From IMG/VR virus record IMGVR_UViG_3300005435_000020, positions 36,908 to 100,907 of that record: 64,000 nucleotides of DNA, one strand, 5' to 3'. The stretch comes from a virus. This document shows, piece by piece, positions 1 to 8,963 of this stretch (within the stretch, counting starts at the first letter, position 1; every line of letters begins with the position of its first letter). The position numbers were made by a program, and so were the translations under genes. The notes beneath the pieces are model-generated. The model made no database searches, was not told where the DNA came from, and was given only the letters and a program-made list of their open reading frames with translations.

Positions 1-72
1 GTTTTTGTTGTGGACACGAATAGTAGAGATGAGGTGAGTGATATGTAGATTAGCTATTATAAGGCAGGTCTT

Positions 73-1152
73 TTGAGCACCTTTGAAGTCAAGGTGAGAC
101 GAGTCGTCGTCTCTGAGCACCCAGACCCTGAAGTGCATTCCCTGGAGCTAGGACAGGTTGACGACTACCACGTAGTGGTAGGAAAAGGGCAGTTTCACAC
201 AAACGATTTAGCCGTCTACATCCCAGAGCAGGCAGTGGTACCCGACGCCATCATCGAGGAGATGGGCCTCACTGGCAGGCTTGCAGGCTCAAAGAAGAAC
301 AGGGTCAAGGCCATACGCCTTCGCGGCGAGTTGTCGCAAGGTCTCCTCTATGTCCCCCAAGGCAGGGAGCTAAGGGAAGGCGAAGAGCTTGGTGAAGAGT
401 TTGGCATCTATAAGCATGAGCCTCCCATACCGCAGAGCATGGCGGGGAAGGTGCAGAGGCTTGGTCCTGGGCCTGGTCAGGAGAGTTTCGCTGAGGGCTT
501 CTTCAGGACCTACACGGATATCGAGAACATCAAGAAGTACCCTGATGCTTTTGAAGATGGCGAGGATGTTGTCATCACGGAGAAGCTCCACGGCTCTTGC
601 TGCATCGTCGGCATCGTGTCGGGTCAGCGCATCGTCTCTTCCAAGGGCATCGCAAAGCGTGACCTGATCCTGCAAGAAGAGGAGGGCAACGTCTACTGGC
701 GCATCGTCAAGCAGATGGGCCTCCACGAGAAGCTTGAGGGCTTCCTTGAGGAGTTTCAACATATTGGCATCACCGATGTCTTGCTCTTCGGTGAAGTCTT
801 GGGTGTGCAGGACTTGATGTATGGCTGCAAGCCTGGCGAGTTGGACTTCAGGGCCTTCGATGTCTACGTCAACTATGAGAAAGCTGGCCCACAGTTTCTG
901 GACCATCCCATCATGGTGTCTGTGCTCATCGGCAGCGGCATCCCGATGGTCCCTGTCCTCTACAAGGGTCCCTTCAGCAAGGAGAAGCTGACGGAGTTGA
1001 CGTCTGGCGAGTCCACGCTGGCGGGACACATCCGAGAAGGCGTCGTCGTCAAGTCCTATTGGGAGAAGGAAGACAGGAAGGTAGGCAGGAAGATACTCAA
1101 GTCCATCAGCCCAGAGTACCTGCTTCGGAAAGGAGGCACTGAGCTAGAATAA
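73..1152 (+). CDS. RNA ligase, DRB0094/Rnl2-like family, with N-terminal OB domain
   Basis: Nucleotidyltransferase motifs TEKLHGS (adenylated Lys), LFGEV, FRAFDV, REGVVVK, ILKSISPEYL; N-terminal 'RVKAIRLRGELSQGLL'. Confidence 0.9.
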   Translation: MSTFEVKVRRVVVSEHPDPEVHSLELGQVDDYHVVVGKGQFHTNDLAVYIPEQAVVPDAIIEEMGLTGRLAGSKKNRVKAIRLRGELSQGLLYVPQGRELREGEELGEEFGIYKHEPPIPQSMAGKVQRLGPGPGQESFAEGFFRTYTDIENIKKYPDAFEDGEDVVITEKLHGSCCIVGIVSGQRIVSSKGIAKRDLILQEEEGNVYWRIVKQMGLHEKLEGFLEEFQHIGITDVLLFGEVLGVQDLMYGCKPGELDFRAFDVYVNYEKAGPQFLDHPIMVSVLIGSGIPMVPVLYKGPFSKEKLTELTSGESTLAGHIREGVVVKSYWEKEDRKVGRKILKSISPEYLLRKGGTELE

Positions 1153-1166
1153 TATCGTGATGGATA

Positions 1167-1175
1167 TGGTATAGT
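1167..1175 (+). promoter_or_regulatory. Extended -10 promoter (TGgTATAGT) upstream of ssb
   Basis: TGnTATAGT in an AT-rich intergenic gap about 30 nt before the start. Confidence 0.55.
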
Positions 1176-1206
1176 GACTTTGTGACTAATCACGAGTGTT
1201 GGCAGT

Positions 1207-1572
1207 GTGGCTCAAGGAGTAGGTTTCAGGTTGAATACGTTTCAGGTGGTTGGCAGGCTCGGCGGTGACCCGGAGACGACGACGTTTGCGAGTGGGGACA
1301 CGAAGGTGGCCTTCAATCTCGTGGACAATCGCAAGGTCAAGGGTGTCGAGGAGTCTTCCTGGTTCAAGGTCATCGCCTTCGGCAAGACGGCTGAGATCAT
1401 CGCTTCCCATCTCCACAAGGGGAGCCAGGTCTTCGTCGCGGGGAGGATGCAGCAGCGCAAATACACAACCTCCCAAGGCGAAGAGAAGAAGGTCTACGAG
1501 GTTGTTGCTTCGCAGGTGGAGTTTATCGGACCTCGCGTGAGCAATAACGATGGAGACGAATTGCCGGAGTAG
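1207..1572 (+). CDS. ssb: Single-stranded DNA-binding protein
   Basis: N..VVGRLGGDPE, WFKVIAFGKTAE, KGSQVFVAGRMQQRKY, acidic C-terminal tail DGDELPE. Confidence 0.95.
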   Translation: MAQGVGFRLNTFQVVGRLGGDPETTTFASGDTKVAFNLVDNRKVKGVEESSWFKVIAFGKTAEIIASHLHKGSQVFVAGRMQQRKYTTSQGEEKKVYEVVASQVEFIGPRVSNNDGDELPE

Positions 1573-1650
1573 TCTCCGACACACCGCAGGCTCCCGAGAG
1601 CAGAAGGATTACGCCACAGGGGCCTGTGCTGTTTTGGCACAAAGAAAAGA

Positions 1651-1678
1651 AGGAGGACTGTATTTCAGTCCCCTTTTT
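1651..1678 (+). terminator. Intrinsic terminator-like hairpin after ssb
   Basis: ggaggactg-tattt-cagtcccc followed by TTTTT. Confidence 0.55.
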
Positions 1679-1693
1679 ACTAAGGGAGGGGCG

Positions 1694-2242
1694 ATGAGGA
1701 ACCACGGCGTGAGGCTGCTGTTGGTGGCTCTTATCGGAATATGTTGTTTGGCCCTGCATCCGAATAATGCAGAGGCTGCCCCCTTACAGACGGGGGCCAT
1801 GGAAAACCAACTGAGGAGTGACGTCAACTTCGATAGGGCCAACTACCACGCGGCTCCATTGAAAGAAGACGCCACCCTCGATGCCATAGCCCACGCGAGG
1901 GCCTGGTACATCCTGACGCACCATAGCGTCACGCATTGCAGCACAGACACCCTACAGGAAGGGTGCCATCTCCAGGTGTTGGACCAGTTTTCCTGGCGCA
2001 ACATCCCGATGGATGGGAAGTGGGCAGGTGAGAACCTGGGAGCCGCAGACTATCCTGCATCCGACGTGAGTGACATGAATGGTTATTTCATGGCATCTCC
2101 TCCCCATGAGGAGAACATACTCAATAGCCACTTCACGAAGCTGGGTGTCGGTATCCTCTGCTGCTTCGAGGGCCACATCGGCTCCACGCAGATAGGACCC
2201 AATCAGCCGTTTCCCGTCTACGTCGAAGTGTTCTCAAGTTGA
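1694..2242 (+). CDS. Secreted CAP (SCP/PR-1) domain protein
   Basis: SD gggagg before ATG 1694; signal peptide ending AEA; N..R....PL..D..L..IA..RA, GENLG, MASPPHEENILNSHFTKLGVGI. Confidence 0.85.
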   Translation: MRNHGVRLLLVALIGICCLALHPNNAEAAPLQTGAMENQLRSDVNFDRANYHAAPLKEDATLDAIAHARAWYILTHHSVTHCSTDTLQEGCHLQVLDQFSWRNIPMDGKWAGENLGAADYPASDVSDMNGYFMASPPHEENILNSHFTKLGVGILCCFEGHIGSTQIGPNQPFPVYVEVFSS

Positions 2243-2616
2243 AGCGCCTCCTCGCCATCTTCGGGTTTGTCTTCAGTCTGGCGTTTCCACTCAAAAGCTA
2301 CGCAGGCTCCGGTGATTGCACCGCCTGGGCCTACGAGATGAGGCCAGACCTCTATGGGAGTGTCTGGGGCAATGCCGGTGGCTGGGCCATAGACGCTAGG
2401 ATGTCTGGCAGGAGTGTCGGCTTCCTACCCAAGGTGGGGGCCATCGCCGTCTGGAGACCATGGACTGGGGGAGCTTGGGGACAAGGACACGTCGCATATG
2501 TGACGAGTGTCGGAGCCTACGGCTTCACTGTCACCGAAATGCATTACCCAGTTTACGGCAGAGTAACATCTCGGTGGGTGCCGAGATATTCAGGAGCTAT
2601 GTTCATCTACAAATGA
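2239..2616 (+). CDS. Secreted CHAP-domain peptidoglycan hydrolase
   Basis: Signal peptide ending SYA; GDCTAWAY (Cys), WGNAGGW, PKVGAIAVW, GHVAYV (His), VTEM. Confidence 0.88.
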   Translation: MKRLLAIFGFVFSLAFPLKSYAGSGDCTAWAYEMRPDLYGSVWGNAGGWAIDARMSGRSVGFLPKVGAIAVWRPWTGGAWGQGHVAYVTSVGAYGFTVTEMHYPVYGRVTSRWVPRYSGAMFIYK

Positions 2617-3116
2617 CTGATTACAAGAAGGCTGTTTGGGTACCATCACCCAATTTTGACCAGGGGAGGGAAGGCCACACGATAAACTCCCTAGTCCTTC
2701 ACGGTACCGCTGGCGGTGGGACTGTCCCTTGGTTCTCCCTCCCGCAAAGTTATGTGTCGGCCCACTATGTGGTGGATAAAGACGGCACCGTGACGCAGAT
2801 GGTATTGGAAGCCGACACAGCTTGGCATGCCGGAGAGGTTCCCTACAATAGCCCCTTCTATGGGCAGCCGAATCCCAATTCATGGACCATCGGCATAGAG
2901 TTTGTCAGGGATATCAATAACGCTGAGCCGCTGCCGCAAGTGCAGGTAGACGCTGGCGCTGATCTTGTGAGGGACATCTTTGCGAGGCGAGGCAGGCTCA
3001 TTGTCTTGACCCATGACGAAATTGAGCCAGGCAGAATCTGTCCAGGGCCTGGCTTTCCGGTTGAGACCTTCATGAATATTGACGCCGACACACCAGTACC
3101 GCCGATGGAGAAATAA
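2613..3116 (+). CDS. N-acetylmuramoyl-L-alanine amidase (Amidase_2)
   Basis: ATGA overlap with the CHAP gene; SPNF, LVLHGTA, VSAHYVV, AWHAG, NSWTIGIEF, THDEI..GRICPG. Confidence 0.92.
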   Translation: MTDYKKAVWVPSPNFDQGREGHTINSLVLHGTAGGGTVPWFSLPQSYVSAHYVVDKDGTVTQMVLEADTAWHAGEVPYNSPFYGQPNPNSWTIGIEFVRDINNAEPLPQVQVDAGADLVRDIFARRGRLIVLTHDEIEPGRICPGPGFPVETFMNIDADTPVPPMEK

Positions 3117-3409
3117 TGCGAGACGACGACAACAACGAAGAAGAGGAAGCACCGGCAGGAGCACTGCCACCGATAAGCACATGGCCCATCTACAGCCGCA
3201 TAGAGGTGGTGAGGGCCTTCCAAACGCTGGTACCCGTGGCGATAAAGATACCCATTCATCCCTTCCAGCAGTATGGGCAGCCTGGTGACTACATCATCGT
3301 GGGTGCCGCGAATATTATGAGGATCATGCCCAAGGCGCAGTTTGAGAAGATGTACACGTCGGGTGAGGAAGTGGCCTCGCCTGAAAAAACACTCTTGCTA
3401 GCGAGGTAA
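3116..3409 (+). CDS. Hypothetical protein, PGDYG-like motif
   Basis: GQPGDYII...PKAQFEKMY; coupled to neighbouring genes. Confidence 0.6.
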   Translation: MRDDDNNEEEEAPAGALPPISTWPIYSRIEVVRAFQTLVPVAIKIPIHPFQQYGQPGDYIIVGAANIMRIMPKAQFEKMYTSGEEVASPEKTLLLAR

Positions 3410-3410
3410 T

Positions 3411-3815
3411 ATGGCCTACTACGACGAGAACCGAGACAACTGGACCATCGACTTCCCCGTTGCGAAGCTTATCGACATCATAGAGCAGCGTCTTTTTGAT
3501 GCAGAAGCCGTCGTCAATGAGCATGCCAAGGAGGAAGCAGCAAAGCCGGTTGCGAGGAAGCGCCTCGGCTGGCTTGGCGATTTGCTTGGCCTGAATACAG
3601 ATACGTCAGGCATCTTTGGAAACTGGGAAGAAGAGTACCAGCACTATAAGAGTTACGACGAAGCCAATTTCCGAATCCGCGAGTATAAAAACTGGCTGAT
3701 GTTCCTTGGCGCGATGTACAACCCCCTCGACTGTCCGAAGTCATTGTCCCTGAATATCCGAGATGTCCTCTATTTCCAGTTGACACAGGAAGACCTCAAC
3801 CCAGGCTTGTTTTAG
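3411..3815 (+). CDS. Hypothetical protein
   Basis: SD gaggt, tight operon packing. Confidence 0.7.
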   Translation: MAYYDENRDNWTIDFPVAKLIDIIEQRLFDAEAVVNEHAKEEAAKPVARKRLGWLGDLLGLNTDTSGIFGNWEEEYQHYKSYDEANFRIREYKNWLMFLGAMYNPLDCPKSLSLNIRDVLYFQLTQEDLNPGLF

Positions 3816-3827
3816 CCCACATTAGTA

Positions 3828-3836
3828 TGGTAGAAT
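3828..3836 (+). promoter_or_regulatory. Extended -10 promoter (TGgTAGAAT)
   Basis: In the AT-rich intergenic region 3816-3900. Confidence 0.45.
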
Positions 3837-3947
3837 ATTGAGACGAGTATTATAGTGTTTGAGGAAATAATAAATCTGGTCCGTTTAGATTAGAACCTTC
3901 ACGCCAGCGTCTTGCTGACGTGGTGCCCTACTAGGAAAGGAATCTCA

Positions 3948-4097
3948 TTGTCTCCACTCGCGTGGTTCTTGCTTGTTGTCGCTGGCCTTATCTTGGTCTA
4001 TGTTTTGTATACGGTGCTGCATGTCGCCGTCGCCGTGGCTATCGTAATTGTCCTTTGTGTGATTGGCGTCGCAATCCTTGTGTCGGGAAGATATTAG
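3948..4097 (+). CDS. Small two-TM membrane protein
   Basis: SD aagga plus TTG; two hydrophobic stretches. Confidence 0.65.
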   Translation: MSPLAWFLLVVAGLILVYVLYTVLHVAVAVAIVIVLCVIGVAILVSGRY

Positions 4098-4113
4098 GTA
4101 AAGGACACGTAAC

Positions 4114-4803
4114 TTGATCACTCCCACTGCCGAAGAGTTAGGCAGACTGGCTGCTGAGGCCCTCAACATAGTAGGACACGAGTCTGCTACCTACGACGAC
4201 ATGCCGGAAAAAGACCCATATATGTCGTCTAGAGAAGACATGGAAACACTAGGTGCATATATGTTTGAGGGCTTGAAGACGTATATGGGTGCAACCCCCA
4301 CAGATTTTGTGTTCAGGACTGACGATGTAGCGAAGACCCTTGCGGAAGCCTTCGGCTATCCTTGGGATGAGTTGAGTTCCGAAGATGAGGAAAATCGCTG
4401 GTCCAAGGACTTCTGGCGTATCCTTACCAACAAGGTTCTCCGCGTCATCACCGAGAAGTCTAAGCTAGTCCATTCTCTCGATATCAAGGACCCCAATCGT
4501 CGCCGTCTCGTGGAGCTTATCGACACGGCTAAGGAAATAGCCATCACACGAGGCAACGACTATGGCGACGGAGAGGACACCTTCTCCAATGTCCATTCCG
4601 TCAAGCTGAAGGGCCAGAAACCCTCCGACTACGCCTTGAGTGAGATGTGCTCAAAGCTGACCAGGGTCATCAACGTCTATCGCAAGGGTAATGTGACGGA
4701 GAGTGCAGAAGGTCTCCACAATGATGCCATTGACCTCGCCAACTACGCCATGATATTCCTGGTGATGTATGAGGAAGAGCAGAGACTGAAGGAAGGTGAA
4801 TAA
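4114..4803 (+). CDS. Protein with C-terminal nucleotide-modification-associated (Nmad1/DUF1599-like, all-alpha NTP-PPase-like) domain
   Basis: RGNDYGDGEDTFSNV...KLTRV...DAIDLANYAMI pattern. Confidence 0.65.
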   Translation: MITPTAEELGRLAAEALNIVGHESATYDDMPEKDPYMSSREDMETLGAYMFEGLKTYMGATPTDFVFRTDDVAKTLAEAFGYPWDELSSEDEENRWSKDFWRILTNKVLRVITEKSKLVHSLDIKDPNRRRLVELIDTAKEIAITRGNDYGDGEDTFSNVHSVKLKGQKPSDYALSEMCSKLTRVINVYRKGNVTESAEGLHNDAIDLANYAMIFLVMYEEEQRLKEGE

Positions 4804-5245
4804 GCCCACCATTTATTTGGCGGGGCCACTCACTGGCATCTCTTTCGATGAGGCGAAGCTTTGGAGGAGGATGGTCCAGGAGTGGATGTCCCCCGACATA
4901 GATTGCCTATGCCCCCTCCGCAGCCAGAGCTACATCGTAGGTGAGAAGGTGCTTGCCAACACCTACGACGAGGACCCCTTCTGCACAGGGAAGTCCATCA
5001 CACTTCTGGACCACCACGACGTCAAGCGGTGTGACCTCCTCCTTGTCAACTATCTCGACGCAAAGAAAGTGAGCATCGGCACAGTCATGGAGCAGGCGTG
5101 GGCCTATGCCTATGGACATCCCGTGGTGGTTGTGATGGAAGAAAATAACCCACACTTCCATTGTATGGTGGAGGAAACCTCAACGATGGTGTTTGATGAT
5201 CTCATGGATGCCTGCTTCGCCGTCAAGACGATACTACTGCCTTAG
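4796..5245 (+). CDS. Nucleoside 2-deoxyribosyltransferase-like protein
   Basis: IYLAGP, D...VKRCDLLLV, SIGTVMEQAWAYAYGHPVVVV. Confidence 0.85.
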   Translation: MNKPTIYLAGPLTGISFDEAKLWRRMVQEWMSPDIDCLCPLRSQSYIVGEKVLANTYDEDPFCTGKSITLLDHHDVKRCDLLLVNYLDAKKVSIGTVMEQAWAYAYGHPVVVVMEENNPHFHCMVEETSTMVFDDLMDACFAVKTILLP

Positions 5246-5250
5246 GGATT

Positions 5251-5412
5251 ATGAGAAAGATGTGCTTCTTCACCATCTTCTTCTGGGCCATCATGATTGC
5301 GCTTCGCCTCATGATGGGCAGCCAGCTTGACATGGCCTTCTGGACCCTCGCCGTTTTCGGCTGGTTGATCTTCATGATGCTCATTGCACCAGACCCGAAG
5401 GCAGTATCGTGA
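5251..5412 (+). CDS. Small two-TM membrane protein (53 aa, absent from the ORF track)
   Basis: Manual translation MRKMCFFTIFFWAIMIALRLMMGSQLDMAFWTLAVFGWLIFMMLIAPDPKAVS; fills the gap and overlaps the next gene at GTGA. Confidence 0.65.
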   Translation: MRKMCFFTIFFWAIMIALRLMMGSQLDMAFWTLAVFGWLIFMMLIAPDPKAVS

Positions 5413-5663
5413 CACTCGGTGCAGGCTGGCGCATCACCGTATCCACCGAGTATGTCAGGTCCATCCTCCGGCGCTACCACGACAAACTAGGGAAGGATGG
5501 CGGCGAGTCAGACAGGGTGTTGATGCTCCTCAAAGTACTCTCAAGCGGCATGCCCAATAACGGCATGGAAATGAGTGTCGAAGACTTGGCACATCTCCAG
5601 GAAATCGAGAGGGGCCTGGGTACACGTCAGTGGCAGCGCCTCGTGGAGTCGGAGGGTGCCTAA
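5409..5663 (+). CDS. Hypothetical protein
   Basis: GTGA coupling, operon packing. Confidence 0.6.
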   Translation: MTLGAGWRITVSTEYVRSILRRYHDKLGKDGGESDRVLMLLKVLSSGMPNNGMEMSVEDLAHLQEIERGLGTRQWQRLVESEGA

Positions 5664-5922
5664 GCCTTTCGCTTCCTTTCCTACCTCTGTACCAAAAGAC
5701 GAGATGCTTGAGCTTCTCGATATACGTATATGTAAACTTGTGAGCAGCGAAAGAATCTCCAAAAGTTTATTGGCACTATGGAGATTCGATGATCACTTCA
5801 AGGCGGATATTTTCCGTATTCAGGAGTCCCTCATTGTTATGAGGGACCTCCGTCAGAAGGTTGCCGAGAGCAAAGACGACAACATAGAAGTCACCATACA
5901 GATACTGGAACAAGGGACCTAG
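5656..5922 (+). CDS. Hypothetical protein
   Basis: Probable GTG start at 5656 within ORF 5575-5922, overlapping the upstream stop. Confidence 0.55.
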   Translation: MPKPFASFPTSVPKDEMLELLDIRICKLVSSERISKSLLALWRFDDHFKADIFRIQESLIVMRDLRQKVAESKDDNIEVTIQILEQGT

Positions 5923-5978
5923 ATGGGCTGGCATCCCACCGGCAGAGCAAGCAGCGGGTGGAGGCTGCCTCGCAATTC

Positions 5979-6007
5979 TTGACGGTATAATACTCATATG
6001 GTATAGT
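5979..6007 (+). promoter_or_regulatory. Sigma70-type promoter TTGACG-N17-TATAGT (extended TG), with a second TATAAT at 5986-5991
   Basis: Near-consensus boxes with 17-nt spacing. Confidence 0.8.
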
Positions 6008-6042
6008 GAGTGTAGGAACAATAATACAGAGGAGCAGATCAT

Positions 6043-6396
6043 TTGGATGCAGACGAATACCAGCGCCTCGCCATGAAGACGGCAAACCCCAACGCCAAAA
6101 ATCTCTTCAATGCCTGCTTGGGCCTCGCGGGAGAGGCTGGTGAGGTGTGTGATCTCGTCAAGAAGCACACGCAGCAGGGGCACACACTCGATGTCAGCAA
6201 GCTAGAAGACGAGGCGTCTGATATCGCTTGGTACCTAGCACTCCTCGCCACCGTTTTGGATATCCCGCTGTCGCAGATACTCAGGCACAACGTAGATAAA
6301 TTGTCTAGTAGGTATCCGAAGGGGTTTGAGCCGGAGAAGAGCACACACCGCAAAGAGTATGTCGAAGCTGTAGCCAAAGAAGCAGAGAAGGAATAG
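6043..6396 (+). CDS. MazG-like nucleoside triphosphate pyrophosphohydrolase
   Basis: YQRLA, LGLAGEAGEVCDLVKK, EDEASDIAWYL, NVDKLSSRYP. Confidence 0.92.
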   Translation: MDADEYQRLAMKTANPNAKNLFNACLGLAGEAGEVCDLVKKHTQQGHTLDVSKLEDEASDIAWYLALLATVLDIPLSQILRHNVDKLSSRYPKGFEPEKSTHRKEYVEAVAKEAEKE

Positions 6397-6398
6397 TA

Positions 6399-7049
6399 TT
6401 GGAAGCCGAAAATACTGCCCATAACACTGAAGACGCCGAGGAGTGGGATAAGTTTTGGGACAAGGTTCTTGATGAGTTTGTCGAAGAGCTTTTCCCAACA
6501 CCGAATAATGGTGTGAAGGAAGTGAAGTCTGATACCTGGAAGCCCTGTGATCCCGGTTGCAAGGATACGTGTTCTTGCGCTGGCCTCCCACCTGACGATA
6601 TTCACGTTGAGAGTGACGCTGGCCCCGGTCAGTCTTCTGTCTTCAGTAGCAGTCCCGGTGATTTCCTCGATGGGGTCTTGGAAAGCGTCAAGAACAATCG
6701 CTTCCTCTCGAAGAAGGAGAATAAGAAATTTCGCAAGAAGCTGAAGAAACTTGCGAAGCAACAGGAGCCTGCACCCCAAGAGGCGGAAGATTGGTCCTCC
6801 GACGACGAGTTGTTCTATGGTGGTGAAGGCAATGTTCTCGAAGACGAAGAGATCACCCAGATCAGGCTCCGCAATCGTCGTCGTCGCTATGAGACGCAGA
6901 CACGCAAGGATGTGACGGCTCTTCTCAAAGAGATTGACAGGCTCAACGAGAAATACGACGCCTTCTATGATAAGGTTGGCGACTTGTCTGAGAGCCTCCA
7001 GGATGCCTTGACCTACGAAGAGGACTACGAGGAAGTCGAGTGGCCCTAA
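6399..7049 (+). CDS. Acidic hypothetical protein with C-terminal coiled coil
   Basis: SD aagga plus TTG; 216-aa ORF in operon. Confidence 0.7.
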   Translation: MEAENTAHNTEDAEEWDKFWDKVLDEFVEELFPTPNNGVKEVKSDTWKPCDPGCKDTCSCAGLPPDDIHVESDAGPGQSSVFSSSPGDFLDGVLESVKNNRFLSKKENKKFRKKLKKLAKQQEPAPQEAEDWSSDDELFYGGEGNVLEDEEITQIRLRNRRRRYETQTRKDVTALLKEIDRLNEKYDAFYDKVGDLSESLQDALTYEEDYEEVEWP

Positions 7050-7300
7050 GAGAGAGTGCCGGTGGGGAAGTGACCATCGGCACCTCCCGTATCAGGCCCA
7101 TCACACCACTCAAGCCATTGATACCCCCGTCGTTTGACGACGTATTGTCTGGGCACCTGCGAAGGTGGGTGCCCACCGCCAAAGAGGAAGGAGACGGCTG
7201 GATACTCTGCGACGCAAAGGGCAATGAGATAGACCTTTCCCGCATTGATGTGTTGATGTTGATTGCCGACGCCGTGAATAGGTATACGCCGGAGAGGTAG
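7040..7300 (+). CDS. Hypothetical protein
   Basis: Overlaps the upstream stop, operon packing. Confidence 0.55.
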   Translation: MALRESAGGEVTIGTSRIRPITPLKPLIPPSFDDVLSGHLRRWVPTAKEEGDGWILCDAKGNEIDLSRIDVLMLIADAVNRYTPER

Positions 7301-7302
7301 TA

Positions 7303-7770
7303 GTGGGTAGTGTAGGCACCGTCAAGAGAAACTTCCAGAATTACGGAGGCTACGTCTTCAGGAATGGCGTATTCCACCCGAGACACACCTGGGTCAATCC
7401 CATACACTTCAATAAGAATGTCTCCTTCTTCTATGAGATGGCGCAAGGAATAGGTAAGCCACCCGACATGCACATCCTCTTAGGAGAAGGTGAGGTGATG
7501 GTTGGCTTCGAATATACTGAGGCGTGTATTTTCTATAACTACGGGGAGGAGTCGCCGGGACCCTTCCTCAAGAAGAAGAGCCTCAATAAGTATATCTGCG
7601 CCGGAGAGATAGAAGGCTATAAGTTTCTCTTGTGGTACTACAATCCCCGAGACATCAGGATGTCTTGTTATCTCGTTGAGCCTGACGGCACACGTTGGGA
7701 GGGCATATGCGGCTATAAGTATGGGCCACAGTTTTCTTCGTCTCCACCCGACACGATACCTTTCCCCTAG
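7303..7770 (+). CDS. Hypothetical protein (aromatic-rich)
   Basis: SD ggagagg plus GTG; followed by a terminator. Confidence 0.7.
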   Translation: MGSVGTVKRNFQNYGGYVFRNGVFHPRHTWVNPIHFNKNVSFFYEMAQGIGKPPDMHILLGEGEVMVGFEYTEACIFYNYGEESPGPFLKKKSLNKYICAGEIEGYKFLLWYYNPRDIRMSCYLVEPDGTRWEGICGYKYGPQFSSSPPDTIPFP

Positions 7771-7776
7771 CCTCAA

Positions 7777-7808
7777 GCCCTGTGCCTTCGGGTGCAGGGC
7801 CTTTTTTT
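7777..7808 (+). terminator. Intrinsic terminator
   Basis: gccctgtgcc-TTCG-ggtgcagggc followed by T7. Confidence 0.9.
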
Positions 7809-7870
7809 GTCATAATGCCGATACGGTATAATGATAGTAGGGATACTATTGATTACTAATAAGAGGATTA

Positions 7871-8506
7871 TTGATGGCTACCATTGCCGACACACAAGGC
7901 TTGAAGCCTGGGCAGATTGACCTGACGGATTCCTATGTACTCGCAGCCGCGAGGAAGATGGAGCAGATACGCACCAAGAAGAAAGCAGGGTGGAGTGTCG
8001 GCCCCAACAGAAATAGCCACCTATGGGGCGCTGTCGGTGAGATATTCGTGTGTGGGCTCCTCGGCGTGACCCCAGACTGGGAGCAGAAGGACACCGATGA
8101 GGGCATCGACGGCACCTACCAAGGCGGCGTGACCTTCGACGTCAAGGTGTCCACCTTCGGCACTGGCGATGATCCCCACTTGAAGCTGCCGGTGAAGGCC
8201 AAGTACTCCGCCGACATCTACATCCTTGTCTATGCAGACCTCCAGGGACTGAAGGCGGAAGTCGTCGGCTGGGCCACCGTCGCGGAGATCAAGAAGGCAC
8301 CCGTCAAAAACTACAAGCCGGAGTGGCAGAAAAACCCTCGCCACTATCCCGATAACTATGTCCTGACTTCCAGGCAACTCCACCCCCTCTCTGAGCTTAT
8401 CGCCATGGCGGAAAATGGCACCATCAATAGCCTCAAGAGTATTGCACATACACCAGAAAAGTGTTATACTGACCTACGTAGTGCTGAAACGGCACAGCGT
8501 GGCTAG
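7871..8506 (+). CDS. PD-(D/E)xK restriction-endonuclease-fold protein
   Basis: GAVGEIFV...DEGID...FDVKVS...ADIYILV...VVGW; preceded by TATAAT at 7827. Confidence 0.6.
   Translation: MMATIADTQGLKPGQIDLTDSYVLAAARKMEQIRTKKKAGWSVGPNRNSHLWGAVGEIFVCGLLGVTPDWEQKDTDEGIDGTYQGGVTFDVKVSTFGTGDDPHLKLPVKAKYSADIYILVYADLQGLKAEVVGWATVAEIKKAPVKNYKPEWQKNPRHYPDNYVLTSRQLHPLSELIAMAENGTINSLKSIAHTPEKCYTDLRSAETAQRG
8442..8470 (+). promoter_or_regulatory. Sigma70-type promoter TTGCAC-N17-TATACT (extended TG)
   Basis: Consensus spacing, 29 nt upstream of GTG 8499. Confidence 0.75.
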
Positions 8507-8963
8507 GCCCATCAAGGCACCCGTCCCTAGCGAAAAGGGCAAGTCGCCGGATGCCAGGAAGCCTCGGAGTAGGAGCCAGAAATGGAAACTGAGTGAGAGA
8601 GAATCTTCCGTTTTCTTACGAGATGAGGATGGTCAAGACCCGGACCCCACCATCCAGCAGCTTCAGACATCCACAGGAAGATTAGGCCACCTAACAAGCC
8701 TAGGCTACGACACATCGTCAAAGCATTACGTCGGAGAAGTGAAGCGTCGGGTGCTTCCCGCCTGGATCATCGAGGCGTGGGTGCAAATCAATCAGATAGG
8801 GTTGCGGCGAAAAAGGCATCCCGTGTTGTTTTTACACATTGCCGACACACAAGACAAGAAGTTTGAGTGTGATGGCAAGCAATACGACATACCCGAGTTA
8901 CACTGCCTCACCGCCGAGAGGCATAAACAGCTACTTGAATACGAAAGGATATGCAACTCGTGA
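8499..8963 (+). CDS. Putative Holliday junction resolvase (Hjc-like PD-(D/E)xK)
   Basis: KWKLSERE...GYD...YVGEVKRR..PAWIIEAWVQ...PVLFLH. Confidence 0.55.
   Translation: MARPIKAPVPSEKGKSPDARKPRSRSQKWKLSERESSVFLRDEDGQDPDPTIQQLQTSTGRLGHLTSLGYDTSSKHYVGEVKRRVLPAWIIEAWVQINQIGLRRKRHPVLFLHIADTQDKKFECDGKQYDIPELHCLTAERHKQLLEYERICNS

Noticed and set aside
5922-5975. GC-rich hairpin containing AAGCAGC, reminiscent of SRP RNA helix 8
   Set aside because: It lacks the CAGG...GGAA arrangement and the length; probably a simple stem-loop
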